Notes: a model not told the origin generated them from the sequence alone. Numbered from the stretch's first letter, positions 17,354-26,952 are shown. The stretch is DNA of 38,956 nucleotides from a bacterium (GCA_046485285.1 JAWOHE010000100.1:1-38956), one strand, 5' to 3'. Translations and numbers: made by a program.

Positions 17354-18670
17354 CTATCCGAATCGCCGGCCCTGGAACTTGCTGCCCTTGACCAGTCCCT
17401 CGTAGTGCCTCATCACGAGGTGCGCCTCGATCTGCTGGAGGGTGTCGAGCGCGACGCCGACGATGATCATCAGGGTCGTGCCGCCGAAGTAGAACGGCAC
17501 GCGGAAGGCGCTCATCAGGTACCAGGGCAGGAGCGCCATCAGGGCGAGGAAGATCGAACCGGGCAGGGTCAGCAGCGACAGGCTGCGGTCGATGAAGTTG
17601 GCGGTCTTCTCGCCCGGCCGGATGCCGGGGATGAACCCGCCGTAGCGCTGCATGTTGTCGGCCATGTCGCGCGGGTTGAAGACGATCGAGGTGTAGAAGT
17701 AGGTGAAGAAGATGATCAGCGCCGCGAACAGCAGGCTGTAAAGCCAGCCGCCCGGCGCGAGGATCCGCTGGACCGTGCCCAGCCAGGGCAGGCGGTCCCC
17801 GAAGAAGCCGGCGATCGTCGAGGGGAAGACGATCAGGCTCTGGGCGAAGATTATCGGGATGACGCCGGCGGTGATGACCCGGAGCGGGATGTGGGTTGAC
17901 TGGCCGCCGTACATCCGCCGCCCGACGATGCGCTTCGGGTACTGGACCGGGATCTTCCGAACCGCCATCGTCAGCAGGACGACCCCGGCGTAGATCAGGA
18001 AGATCATCGCGGCGATGACGACCAGCGCCAGCCAGCTGATTTCGCCGGCCCGGACCATTGCGAACGTCCGGCCGATGTCGGACGGCGTGCTGTCGAGACA
18101 ACCGATCAGGATCAGGAACGAGATGCCGTTGCCGATGCCCCGGTCGGTGATGAGCTCGCCCAGCCACATCGCGAAGACCGTCCCGGCGGTGAGCGTGAAT
18201 ATCGTCATCATCCGGAAGAAGAACCCCGAGGTCATCACCAGCGGCCCGAGCACCGTCGCCGGCTGGCTCTCGAGGTAGACCGCGATCGCCGCGGACTGGA
18301 TCACCGCCAGGCCGACCGTCGCGTAGCGGGTGTACTGGTTGACCTTCTTCCGGCCTTCCTCGTCGCGCTGGAGCTTCTCGAGCACCGGGAAGACCGAGCC
18401 GAGGAGCTGGAAGACGATCGACGCGGTGATGTAGGGCATGATCCCCAGCGCGAGGACCGACGCCCGGCTCAGCGCACCGCCGACGAAGACGTCGTAGAGG
18501 CCGAACACCGTCCCGCGCATCTGGCCGAGCAGGTAGCCGAGCGCCTGGGCGTTGATGCCCGGGACCGGGATGTGGCCGCCGAGGCGGTAGACCACCACCA
18601 TCGCCAGCGTGAAAATGATCTTCTTCCGGAGGTCCGGAATCTTGAAAATGTTGGGAACGCTGCCGATCAA
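17354..18670 (-). CDS. secY: Preprotein translocase subunit SecY
   Basis: LGIMPYITASI, WLGELITDRGIGNGIS, AGVIPIIFA, GGFIPGIRPG, FGGTTLMIIVGV. Confidence 0.98.
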   Translation of the reverse strand: MIGSVPNIFKIPDLRKKIIFTLAMVVVYRLGGHIPVPGINAQALGYLLGQMRGTVFGLYDVFVGGALSRASVLALGIMPYITASIVFQLLGSVFPVLEKLQRDEEGRKKVNQYTRYATVGLAVIQSAAIAVYLESQPATVLGPLVMTSGFFFRMMTIFTLTAGTVFAMWLGELITDRGIGNGISFLILIGCLDSTPSDIGRTFAMVRAGEISWLALVVIAAMIFLIYAGVVLLTMAVRKIPVQYPKRIVGRRMYGGQSTHIPLRVITAGVIPIIFAQSLIVFPSTIAGFFGDRLPWLGTVQRILAPGGWLYSLLFAALIIFFTYFYTSIVFNPRDMADNMQRYGGFIPGIRPGEKTANFIDRSLSLLTLPGSIFLALMALLPWYLMSAFRVPFYFGGTTLMIIVGVALDTLQQIEAHLVMRHYEGLVKGSKFQGRRFG

Positions 18671-19104
18671 GCGACGACCTCGGCCTTGCCGCCCGCCTTC
18701 TCGATCTTCTCGCGGGCGCTGCTGCTGAACGCGTGGGCGACGACGGTCACCGCCCGGTCGAGCTCGCCGTTGCCGAGCACCTTCACCGGCCGGCCGCGGC
18801 GGATGATGCGCCGCTCGCGCATCAGCTCGACCGTCACCCGGTCAGCGCCGAGCCCGGCGATGGTGCCGATGTTGACAACCTCGTACGACACCCGCATCGG
18901 GCTGTTGAACCCGCGCTTGCCGACCCGGCGGTAGAACGGCATCTGGCCGCCCTCGAACCGGGCGTCGAACTCCGACGCCGAGTGCTGGCCGGCGCCCTTG
19001 GTGCCCCGGCAGGAAGTCTTGCCGTGCCCGGACCCCGGCCCGCAGCCGACCCGCTTGCGCCGGCGGTGCGCGCCCTGGTCCGGCTTCAGGTCGCCGAGCC
19101 TCAC
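18667..19104 (-). CDS. rplO: 50S ribosomal protein L15
   Basis: RVGCGPGSGHGKT, FEGGQMP, KVLGNGEL, SAREKIEKAGG. Confidence 0.97.
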   Translation of the reverse strand: MRLGDLKPDQGAHRRRKRVGCGPGSGHGKTSCRGTKGAGQHSASEFDARFEGGQMPFYRRVGKRGFNSPMRVSYEVVNIGTIAGLGADRVTVELMRERRIIRRGRPVKVLGNGELDRAVTVVAHAFSSSAREKIEKAGGKAEVVA

Positions 19105-19280
19105 AGCTCCTCCACGGTCACGAGGTGCTTGATCTTGAAAATCATCCCGCGGACGGCCGGCTTGTCGTCGTGCACGCGCGTCGAGCCGACCCGGCGCAGG
19201 CCCAGCGCCCGGGCGGTCTTCTTCGCGCCCGGCTTCTCGTCGATCACGCTCTTCGCGAGCCTAACCTTGAGCTGCTTCAT
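19101..19280 (-). CDS. rpmD: 50S ribosomal protein L30
   Basis: MKQLKVRLAKSVI...LGLRR...PAVRGMIFKIKHLV; position between rpsE and rplO. Confidence 0.95.
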   Translation of the reverse strand: MKQLKVRLAKSVIDEKPGAKKTARALGLRRVGSTRVHDDKPAVRGMIFKIKHLVTVEEL

Positions 19281-19803
19281 GTTGCGCCGATGCCTTCGCG
19301 AGGTGCCGCACCGGCTTGTTGCGCGATGCCGCGACCTGGTCAATTGTTCTCAGTTTCTGGAGGGCGGTGATCGTCGCCCGGGCGGTGTTATAGGGGTTGC
19401 GCGAGCCGAGCGACTTGCTCAGCGCGTCGCGCAGGCCGGCCGCCTCGAGGACCGCGCGGACCTGCGAGCAGGCGATCAGCCCGGTGCCCTCGGAGGCGGG
19501 CCGGACGATGACGCGGCTCGCGCCGTACTTGCCCTGGGTTTCGTGCGGAATCGTCCGCCCGGTCGTCGCGACCCGGATCATGTCCTTGCGCGCGCGGGCG
19601 GTGGCCTTGCGAACCGCGACCGCGACTTCCTTCGACTTGCCGTGGCCCAGGCCGACCTGGCCCCGGCCGTCGCCGACGACGACCGACGCCGAGAGCTTGA
19701 GCTGCTTGCCGCCCTTGACGACCTTGGATACGCGCTTGATGTTGATCACGCGCTCGATCAGTTCCTGGTCGAGCAGGCCGCCGACCTCAGTAGCTTCTCT
19801 CAA
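19261..19803 (-). CDS. rpsE: 30S ribosomal protein S5
   Basis: RVSKVVKGGK, VVVGDGRGQVGLGHGK, RPASEGTG, KSLGSRNP. Confidence 0.97.
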   Translation of the reverse strand: MREATEVGGLLDQELIERVINIKRVSKVVKGGKQLKLSASVVVGDGRGQVGLGHGKSKEVAVAVRKATARARKDMIRVATTGRTIPHETQGKYGASRVIVRPASEGTGLIACSQVRAVLEAAGLRDALSKSLGSRNPYNTARATITALQKLRTIDQVAASRNKPVRHLAKASAQHEAAQG

Positions 19804-20147
19804 AACTCGAGACCTCCCTCGCGCGCGGCCTCGGCCACCGCCTTGACCCGGCCGTGGTACCGGTAGCCGGCGCGGTCAAACACGACCTTGCGGATGCCGC
19901 GCTCCCTGGCCTGCTCGGCGATCAGCCGGCCGACCTCGCGCGACAGGTCCATCCGCTTGAGCTTCTTCTCCCGCAACGCCGGCACGAGCGAGGAAACCCC
20001 GGTGATCACCCGCCCCGCTCCGTCATCGACAAGCTGAACCGCGATCCCGCGGTTGCTGCGCGCGACACACAGCCTCGGCCGCTCGGCCGTGCCGATGACG
20101 CGGTGGCGGAGATGCAGGTGACGCCGTTTTCGACTGTCTTTGATCAT
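19800..20147 (-). CDS. rplR: 50S ribosomal protein L18
   Basis: GTAERPRL, VVFDRAGYRYHGRVKAVAEAAREGGLEF. Confidence 0.97.
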   Translation of the reverse strand: MIKDSRKRRHLHLRHRVIGTAERPRLCVARSNRGIAVQLVDDGAGRVITGVSSLVPALREKKLKRMDLSREVGRLIAEQARERGIRKVVFDRAGYRYHGRVKAVAEAAREGGLEF

Positions 20148-20154
20148 TCCGGCA

Positions 20155-20182
20155 ATACTATTCGGGAAAACCGGCTTGTCAA
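20155..20182 (-). promoter_or_regulatory. Sigma70-type leaderless promoter for rplR
   Basis: TTGACA-N16-TAGTAT, ATG 7 nt downstream, no SD. The -35 overlaps the ddl stop. Confidence 0.65.
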
Positions 20183-21141
20183 GAACGCCCCCGGGACTGC
20201 AGCGCATCGGCCAGGATCCGGAAAACCAGCTCGTCGTAGGATATCCCGGCCGCCGCGGCCTCCGCCGGCAGGTCCGAGATGTCGGTCATCCCGGGCAGGG
20301 TGTTAATCTCCAGCACGAACGGCCGGCGGCCGTCCCGGATGACGAAGTCGACGCGCGAGAAGCCACGGCAGCCCAGGAGCTTATGCACCCGGAGGGCGAG
20401 TTCGCCGGTCCGCTCAGCCGCGCGCCGGCCGAGCCGGGCCGGGATCACGAACTCGGTCTCGCCCCGGGTATACTTCGCCTCGTAGTCGTAGAACCGGCGC
20501 CGCTTCGGGACGAGTTCGAGGATCGGCATCACCTCGGTGCCGACGATGCCGACCGTCGCGATCATCCCGGGCACGAACTGCTCGAGCAGGATGCCGCCGA
20601 AGCCCCTCCGGACCCGGTCGCTACGGTCGGCCGCCCCACGCCGGGTCTCGATCAGCTCGATGCCTACGCTCGACCCCTCGGCACGCGGCTTCAGCATCAT
20701 CGGGTAGCCGAATGCCCTCTCGGCGGCCCCTAGCGCCGCCTCGAGGTCATCGTCCTCGTCGACCGCGACGAAATCCGGCGTCGGTATCCCGGCCTGCCGG
20801 AACAGGAGCTTGCAGAGCAGCTTGTCCATCCCGACCGCCGAGGCCGCGACCCCGGAGCCGGTGTACGGAATCCCGACCAGCTCGAGGTAGCCCTGGATCG
20901 TCCCGTCCTCGCCCGGCCGACCGTGGAGGATGATGAACGCGATGTCGATCTTCGCCCGCGCGATGTCGGCCGCGAAATCCCGGGTGATGTCGATGCCGAC
21001 CGCGTCGTAGCCCTGGCCTCGGAGCGAGTCGAGCACCCGCTGGCCGGAGAGCAGCGACACCTCGCGCTCGCTCGACCAGCCGCCCATCAGCACGCCGATC
21101 CGGCGCTTGCGCAGCCGCCGGACGATGTCGCTCCGGCTCAC
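20179..21141 (-). CDS. ddl: D-alanine--D-alanine ligase
   Basis: GGWSSEREVSL, LHGRPGEDG, GSSVG, FYDYEAKY, LEINTLPGMT. Confidence 0.96.
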   Translation of the reverse strand: MSRSDIVRRLRKRRIGVLMGGWSSEREVSLLSGQRVLDSLRGQGYDAVGIDITRDFAADIARAKIDIAFIILHGRPGEDGTIQGYLELVGIPYTGSGVAASAVGMDKLLCKLLFRQAGIPTPDFVAVDEDDDLEAALGAAERAFGYPMMLKPRAEGSSVGIELIETRRGAADRSDRVRRGFGGILLEQFVPGMIATVGIVGTEVMPILELVPKRRRFYDYEAKYTRGETEFVIPARLGRRAAERTGELALRVHKLLGCRGFSRVDFVIRDGRRPFVLEINTLPGMTDISDLPAEAAAAGISYDELVFRILADALQSRGRS

Positions 21142-21166
21142 CGCCCGCCGCCTCCCCGACCCGCGG

Positions 21167-22588
21167 TCACCATTGGCCGTCCTTCAGGTACTGGTCGATC
21201 GAGTTCGCGGCGATCCGGCCCGCGCCCATCGCCAGGATGACCGTCGCCGCGCCGGTGACGATGTCACCGCCCGCGAACACCCCGCGCTTGGCGGTCCGGC
21301 CGGTCGCCGGGTCGACGACAATCGTGCCCCGCTTGCTGACCTCGAGGCCGGGCGTCGTCCGGGGAATCAGCGGGTTCGGGCTGTTGCCGATTGCCACGAC
21401 CACCGTGTCGACCGGGATGCGGAACTCGCTGCCCGGGACCGGGACCGGCCGCCGCCGGCCGCTCGCGTCGGGCTCGCCCAGCTCCATCCGGAGGCACTCG
21501 AGCTCCTTCACCCAGCCCTGCCCGTTGGCGACGTAGCGGACCGGGTTGGTCAGGAACTCGAACCGGATACCCTCCTGTTCGGCGTGATGGACCTCAGCGG
21601 CGCGGGCCGGCAGTTCCTGGCGCGAGCGCCGGTAGACGATAATCGATTCGTCGGCGCCGAGCCGGAGCGCGGTCCGGGCCGAGTCCATCGCGACGTTGCC
21701 GCCGCCGATCGTCGCGACCCGCTTGCCCCGCACGATCGGCGTGTCGTACTCCGGGAACAGGTAGGCCTTCATCAGGTTCGAACGGGTCAGGTACTCGTTG
21801 GCCGAGTAGATGCCGAGTGCGTTCTCGCCCGGCAGGTCCATGAACCAGGGCTTGCCCGCCCCGGTGCCGACGAACACCGCGTCGAAGGGCGCAGCCCGTG
21901 CTCCTGCATGCTCCTCGAGCAGTTCGTCGATCGTCCGGGTCATCCCGACGACGAAGTTGGTGACCAGCTTCGCGCCCATCTCGCGCACGAAATCGACCTC
22001 GCGCTTGACGATGCTCTTGGGCAGGCGGAACTCGGGGATTCCGTAGACCAGCACGCCGCCGGGGGCGTGCAGGGCCTCGAAGACGGTGACCTCGTGGCCG
22101 AACTTGATGCAATCGCCCGCCACCGTCAGCCCGGCCGGGCCGGCGCCGATCACCGCGACCTTCTTGCCGGTCGGCGGCAGCTTCTCGCACATCACGCACT
22201 CGCCCTGCCGGGCCTCCCAGTCGGCGATGAACCGCTCGAGGTTGCCGATCGCGACCGGCTCCATCTTCTTCGCCAGCACGCACTCGCCCTCGCACTGGGT
22301 CTCCTGCGGGCAGACCCGGCCGCAGATCGCCGGCAGGACGTTGGTCCGTTTCATCACCGTGATCGCGTCCCAGAGTTTGCCCTCGGCGATCCGGCCCACG
22401 AAACCGGGGATGTCGACCTGAACCGGGCAGCCTTTGACGCAACTGGGCTTCTTGCACTGCAGGCAGCGCCTGGCCTCGACCGCCGCCTCCTCGGGCGTGT
22501 AGCCGAGCGGCACCTCGTCGAAGTTCCGGGCGCGGACCCTCGGCTCCTGCTCGCGCATCGGTGTCTTGGTCGGGCTCGGCTTAGCCAT
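21167..22588 (-). CDS. NfnB/SudA-type flavoprotein (often annotated NADPH-dependent glutamate synthase, homotetrameric)
   Basis: RCLQCKKPSCVKGCPV, CGRVCPQETQCE, GAGPAG, GGGNVAMD, FAGGDIVTGAATVILAMG. Directly follows an NfnA-like gene. Confidence 0.92.
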   Translation of the reverse strand: MAKPSPTKTPMREQEPRVRARNFDEVPLGYTPEEAAVEARRCLQCKKPSCVKGCPVQVDIPGFVGRIAEGKLWDAITVMKRTNVLPAICGRVCPQETQCEGECVLAKKMEPVAIGNLERFIADWEARQGECVMCEKLPPTGKKVAVIGAGPAGLTVAGDCIKFGHEVTVFEALHAPGGVLVYGIPEFRLPKSIVKREVDFVREMGAKLVTNFVVGMTRTIDELLEEHAGARAAPFDAVFVGTGAGKPWFMDLPGENALGIYSANEYLTRSNLMKAYLFPEYDTPIVRGKRVATIGGGNVAMDSARTALRLGADESIIVYRRSRQELPARAAEVHHAEQEGIRFEFLTNPVRYVANGQGWVKELECLRMELGEPDASGRRRPVPVPGSEFRIPVDTVVVAIGNSPNPLIPRTTPGLEVSKRGTIVVDPATGRTAKRGVFAGGDIVTGAATVILAMGAGRIAANSIDQYLKDGQW

Positions 22589-23447
22589 TCGCCCCCTCCC
22601 CGCCCCGGCAGGCGCACTTGTTGCGCTTCTCGAGCCAGTTCTCGAGCGACCGCTTCTCCTCGGGAAGGTAGACCCGGAGCCGGGTCATCAGTTCGTCGAA
22701 GTCGACCTTGTGGCCGTCGAACTCCGGCCCATCCACGCAGGCCAGTTTCATCTCGCCGCCGACCGTGCACCGGCAGACACCGCACATCCCGGTTGCGTCG
22801 ACCATGATCGGGTTGAGGCTGACGACGGTCGGGATTGCCGCCGACCGCGTGCAGTTGGCGACCATCTTCATCATTATCACCGGCCCGACCGCGAATACCC
22901 GGCCCGGCTTCTCGCCCCGTGCCAGCAGCTCGTTCAGCGCGTCGGTCACGAACCCCTTGCGGCCGTAGCTGCCGTCATCGGTCGTCACGATCAGCTCGTC
23001 GGCCACCGAACGCATCTCGCGCTCCATCGTCACGAGCGCCTTGTTGCGGAATCCGATGATCGCGATGACCCGGTTCCCGGCCGCCTTGAGCGCCCGGGCG
23101 ACCGGGAAAATCTCCGGCGTCCCGACCCCGCCCGCCACGCAGACCGCGGTGCCGTAGTCCTCGATCTCCGAGGGACGTCCGAGCGGGCCGATGAGGTCCA
23201 TGATGTCCTGGCCGGCCTCGAGCTCGCCGAGTTCGCGGGTCGTCTTGCCGACCTCCAGGAACACGATGACGACGACGCCGTCGTCCGGGCGGGCATCGGC
23301 AATCGTCAGCGGAATCCGCTCGCCCTGCTCGTGGACCCGCAGGACCACGAACTGGCCGGGCTGGGCCTTCCGGGCGATGTCGGGCGCATCAAGCTCGAAC
23401 CGCTTGATGCCCGATGCCAGCACGTCTTTCTTCAGAATCCTGGTCGT
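22581..23447 (-). CDS. NfnA/SudB-type FAD/NAD-binding [2Fe-2S] subunit; probable ACG start
   Basis: PGQFV, GERIPLT, GPLG, MVDATGMCGVCRC, CVDGPEF. AGGAGG is followed by ACG-ACC-AGG-ATT-CTG-AAG-AAA. Confidence 0.88.
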   Translation of the reverse strand, partial: TTRILKKDVLASGIKRFELDAPDIARKAQPGQFVVLRVHEQGERIPLTIADARPDDGVVVIVFLEVGKTTRELGELEAGQDIMDLIGPLGRPSEIEDYGTAVCVAGGVGTPEIFPVARALKAAGNRVIAIIGFRNKALVTMEREMRSVADELIVTTDDGSYGRKGFVTDALNELLARGEKPGRVFAVGPVIMMKMVANCTRSAAIPTVVSLNPIMVDATGMCGVCRCTVGGEMKLACVDGPEFDGHKVDFDELMTRLRVYLPEEKRSLENWLEKRNKCACRGGEGANG

Positions 23448-23501
23448 AAGTCCTCCTGAATCGGTGGCCCGCTTGGCGGGCGGTTCGGACGCGGCCAGCA
23501 C

Positions 23502-23542
23502 CCGGTCCGGCAGGGCGACGTCAGGCCGTCCTGCCGGACCGG
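23502..23542. terminator. 16-bp GC stem-loop after gdhA (no U-tract)
   Basis: ccggtccggcagggcg / cgtcctgccggaccgg. Confidence 0.45.
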
Positions 23543-23548
23543 CAACAA

Positions 23549-24907
23549 TTAGACCACGCCCTGGTCAATCATCGCGTCGGCGACCTTCACGAAGCCGGCG
23601 ATGTTCGCGCCGTTGACATAGTTGACCCACTTGCCATCGTTGCCATGGACGACACACTGCTCGTGGATCGCTCTCATGATTCCCTGCAGTCGCTTGTCGA
23701 CCTCATCGCGGGTCCACGACAGCCGGAGGCTGTTCTGTGACATCTCAAGGCCCGAAGTCGCAACCCCGCCGGCGTTCGCCGCCTTGCCCGGACCGTACAG
23801 GATCTTGGCCTCAAGATACTGCTCAATCGCCTCTGGGGTCGAGGGCATGTTGGCGCCTTCCGACACGACGTAGATGCCGTTCTTCAGCAGGTTGGCGGCG
23901 TCCCTGCCGTTGATCTCGTTCTGGGTCGCGCTCGGGAAGGCACAATCGGCCTTGTAGGCCCAAAGCGGGTTGTGGTCCGCCTTCGGGTCAGCCGGCGTGA
24001 ACACGGCGCCGGTGAACTTGTCGGCGTACTCGCTGATTCGGCCGCGCCGGACGTTCTTCAGCTCCATCACGAATCCGAGCTTCTTGTTGTCGATGCCGGC
24101 CTCATCATGGATGCAGCCGCTGGAGTCGGACAGCGTTATGGCCTTCGCCCCGAGCTGATTCAGCTTCTCGACGGTGTACTGGGCGACGTTGCCCGAACCC
24201 GACACGAGACAGCACTTGCCCTGCAGCGTGTCGTTCCGCGTCGCAAGCATCTCCTGGGCGAAGTAGACTGCGCCATAGCCGGTCGCCTCGGGCCGGATCA
24301 GCGATCCACCCCAGTTCCTGCCCTTGCCGGTAAGCACGCCGGTGAACTCGTTGGCGAGCCGCTTGTACTGGCCGAACAGGAACCCGATCTCGCGGCCGCC
24401 GACGCCGATGTCGCCGGCCGGGACGTCGGTATCCGGACCGATGTGACGGAACAGCTCGGTCATGAAGCTCTGGCAGAAGTGCATGACCTCGTTGTCTGAC
24501 TTGCCTTTCGGGTCGAAGTCGGAGCCACCCTTGCCTCCGCCCATCGGCAACGTGGTCAGTGAGTTCTTGAACACCTGCTCAAAAGCCAGGAACTTGAGCA
24601 TCCCAAGCGTCACTGTCGGGTGGAAGCGCAGACCGCCCTTATACGGGCCGATTGCCGAGTTCATCTCGACCCGGAACCCGCGGTTGATCTGGACCTCACC
24701 CCTGTCGTCGACCCAAGGAACCCGGAATATTATCACCCGCTCCGGCTCGCAGATGCGCTCGAGTACCCTGTGCTGACGGTACTTGGGGTTGCGGTCAATG
24801 AACGGCATCAGTGAGGTGACGACCTCCTCGACTGCCTGGTGGAACTCGGACTCCGCCGGGTTCCGCCTCTTCACGCCTTCCATGAAGGCTCTTACTGCAT
24901 CCGACAT
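23549..24907 (-). CDS. gdhA: Glutamate dehydrogenase, NADP-specific GdhA type
   Basis: GPYKGGLRFHP, MGGGKGGSDFDPKGKS, DVPAGDIGVG, RPEATGYG, GSGNVA, GANIAGF. SD AGGAGG. Confidence 0.95.
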   Translation of the reverse strand: MSDAVRAFMEGVKRRNPAESEFHQAVEEVVTSLMPFIDRNPKYRQHRVLERICEPERVIIFRVPWVDDRGEVQINRGFRVEMNSAIGPYKGGLRFHPTVTLGMLKFLAFEQVFKNSLTTLPMGGGKGGSDFDPKGKSDNEVMHFCQSFMTELFRHIGPDTDVPAGDIGVGGREIGFLFGQYKRLANEFTGVLTGKGRNWGGSLIRPEATGYGAVYFAQEMLATRNDTLQGKCCLVSGSGNVAQYTVEKLNQLGAKAITLSDSSGCIHDEAGIDNKKLGFVMELKNVRRGRISEYADKFTGAVFTPADPKADHNPLWAYKADCAFPSATQNEINGRDAANLLKNGIYVVSEGANMPSTPEAIEQYLEAKILYGPGKAANAGGVATSGLEMSQNSLRLSWTRDEVDKRLQGIMRAIHEQCVVHGNDGKWVNYVNGANIAGFVKVADAMIDQGVV

Positions 24908-24992
24908 ACACATCCTCCTGTAAGGGCTGTTGGTGCCGATGTTCCGCACTAACGCCCCTTGATACCCCGGCTCCTGCGACATCAGGCCGAGC

Positions 24993-25020
24993 ATTATACC
25001 TCCCGCGCCACACCGGTCAA
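24993..25020 (-). promoter_or_regulatory. Sigma70-type promoter for gdhA
   Basis: TTGACC-N16-TATAAT. Confidence 0.7.
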
Positions 25021-25102
25021 CTCGACGGTCCGGCCGGACGGGTCGACGAACTGCCGGGACGGGCGAACACTCGTAGCAGGCTGCAAGAGGGGGAACCAAC
25101 GT

Positions 25103-25130
25103 CCGCCGGGGTCCTTGCGGACCCCGGCGG
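25103..25130 (-). terminator. Perfect 12-bp hairpin with GCAA loop after the second dehydrogenase
   Basis: ccgccggggtcc-GCAA-ggaccccggcgg on the minus strand; no clear U-tract. Confidence 0.55.
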
Positions 25131-25180
25131 GAGGATGTGCCCCGGGTGGCTAACCCACTAGCCAGAGGGGCTTGTCGGTC

Positions 25181-26482
25181 TCACGGAAAAATGCCGCGCT
25201 CGACATAGCAGCGCTCGAGGCGTCGGAGCGCGACGACGTAGGCAGCGGTCCGCCAGTCAACGTCGAACTCCTGTGCCGCGCTGCGGACCCTCCGATAGGC
25301 GGCCGTGATCTTCTTATAGAGCTTCGTATCGACCTCATCGAGGTCCCAGTACTCGCTGCGCTTGTTCTGCAGCCACTCGAAGTAGCTGACGATCACGCCG
25401 CCGGAGTTGGCCAGTATGTCAGGCAGCACGTCGATGCCCGCCTTGTGCAGGAGGATGTCACCGAACGGATCGGTCGGGCCGTTGGCGCCCTCGGCGACCA
25501 GCTTGCACCTGAGGCTCGCGGCGGTCTTGCCGGTGATCTGGTTCTCAAGGGCCGAGGGGATGAAGATGTCCGCTTCGGTCGCCAGGAAGGTCTCGTGGTC
25601 AATGGCAGTGGCCTTGGAGTATCCGTACACACCGCCCTTCTGCTTCGCGTAGCGGGTGAGGTCCTCGGCGTCCAGCCCCTCGGGGTTGGCAATCGCACCG
25701 GTGACGTCCTCGACCGCAACGAGCTTCGCACCATGCTGGTCCATGAGCCGGGCGGCCCAGGAGCCAACGTTGCCGAACCCCTGAACGAAGTAGCTCGTCT
25801 TCGCCAGATCCACGCCCTTGCCCTTGGCCCACTCCTCGATGCAGTACACGACTCCCTGCCCGGTGGCCTTCTCGCGGCCTACCGAGCCGCCTAGTCCGAC
25901 CGGCTTGCCGGTGACCACGTGCATGCACCGCCCGCGCTCCTGAGGGTGAACCGAGCTCAGGTAGGTATCGAGAATCCAGGCCATGACCTGACCATTGGTG
26001 TTCACATCCGGAGCCGGGATATCGTACTCCGGACCGATGTTCTGCCCCAGCGCGTAGGTGAACCGACGAGTGATGCGCTCCAGTTCGGTCTTGCTGTACT
26101 TCGACGGATCGATGCAGACGCCGCCCTTCCCGCCGCCGAAGGGGATGTCGGCGATCGCCGACTTCCAGGTCATCCAGGTCGCGAGTGCCTTGACCTCGTC
26201 GATGTCGGTGTCGGGATGGAAACGCAGGCCGCCCTTGAACGGACCCAGCGCATTGTTGTGCTGAACGCGGTAGCCCGTGAACATCTCGACCCGGCCATCA
26301 TCCATCCGGGCCGGGAAATGCACGGTAATCTCGTTGACTGGTGCGGCCAGGATCTTCCGAACGTTGTCAACGAGGCCGATCAGGTCTGCCGCGCGGTTGA
26401 ACTGCCGCACGACATTGTCGTAGACACTCGTCTTCACTGGTATGCTGGTGGTGGTGTGTACGACGCTCGCGGAATTGGACAT
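25181..26482 (-). CDS. Glu/Leu/Phe/Val dehydrogenase (catabolic NAD-GDH-like)
   Basis: GPFKGGLRFHP, PFGGGKGG, DIPAPDV, VTGKPVGLGGS, QGFGNVG, EGANGP, NSGGVIVSYFEW. Confidence 0.94.
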   Translation of the reverse strand: MSNSASVVHTTTSIPVKTSVYDNVVRQFNRAADLIGLVDNVRKILAAPVNEITVHFPARMDDGRVEMFTGYRVQHNNALGPFKGGLRFHPDTDIDEVKALATWMTWKSAIADIPFGGGKGGVCIDPSKYSKTELERITRRFTYALGQNIGPEYDIPAPDVNTNGQVMAWILDTYLSSVHPQERGRCMHVVTGKPVGLGGSVGREKATGQGVVYCIEEWAKGKGVDLAKTSYFVQGFGNVGSWAARLMDQHGAKLVAVEDVTGAIANPEGLDAEDLTRYAKQKGGVYGYSKATAIDHETFLATEADIFIPSALENQITGKTAASLRCKLVAEGANGPTDPFGDILLHKAGIDVLPDILANSGGVIVSYFEWLQNKRSEYWDLDEVDTKLYKKITAAYRRVRSAAQEFDVDWRTAAYVVALRRLERCYVERGIFP

Positions 26483-26509
26483 TCGATATCTCCTTTCACT
26501 ACCGAGAAA

Positions 26510-26836
26510 CTAGCGATACTCCTCGCAGTGCCAGACACCGCCCTCGCGCTGCGCCCAGGCGCAGGTCTCGCGGTTTGCGCAGTTGACGCACAGACCCTTC
26601 GAATGCGGCATCTCGGGCCGCAGGTCGGCCGGGTCAGAGCGAAGGACCTCGCTCAGGTCGGCGCGCGCCGGCTCCTCGGAGTGCCCGTCGTACATCTCGC
26701 AGAACTGCACGGGCTTCTTGGCATTGCGGGCGTAGCTGCAGTGGTCTGCATTGTTGCAGTTGGTGCAGAGCCCGGCGAGCTCGATCTTCCTTGGTGCGCC
26801 GGACTTCTGCTTGACACTCACTCTGGTCACTGACAT
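26510..26836 (-). CDS. Small protein (108 aa) with two tandem 4-Cys motifs
   Basis: GLCTNCNNADHC..FCEMY and GLCVNCANRETC..HCEEY. SD AGGAGG 5 nt before ATG 26836. Confidence 0.8.
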   Translation of the reverse strand: MSVTRVSVKQKSGAPRKIELAGLCTNCNNADHCSYARNAKKPVQFCEMYDGHSEEPARADLSEVLRSDPADLRPEMPHSKGLCVNCANRETCAWAQREGGVWHCEEYR

Positions 26837-26936
26837 CCGATCCTCCTGTTTGTTATGCCGGACTTCGTCAGAATGGCAGTCGCAGTCTCGAACCTGATTT
26901 GCTGAACTTCTGGCGACTGACATCGCCAGTGTTATA

Positions 26937-26952
26937 TGCACGGAGTGTACCA
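26937..26952 (-). promoter_or_regulatory. Sigma54 -24/-12 promoter
   Basis: TGGTAC-ACTCC-GTGCA (GG-N10-GC), directly downstream of a sigma54 activator gene. Confidence 0.7.

Noticed and set aside
21107-22807. 566-aa + strand ORF
   Set aside because: Antisense shadow of the nfnB-like gene.
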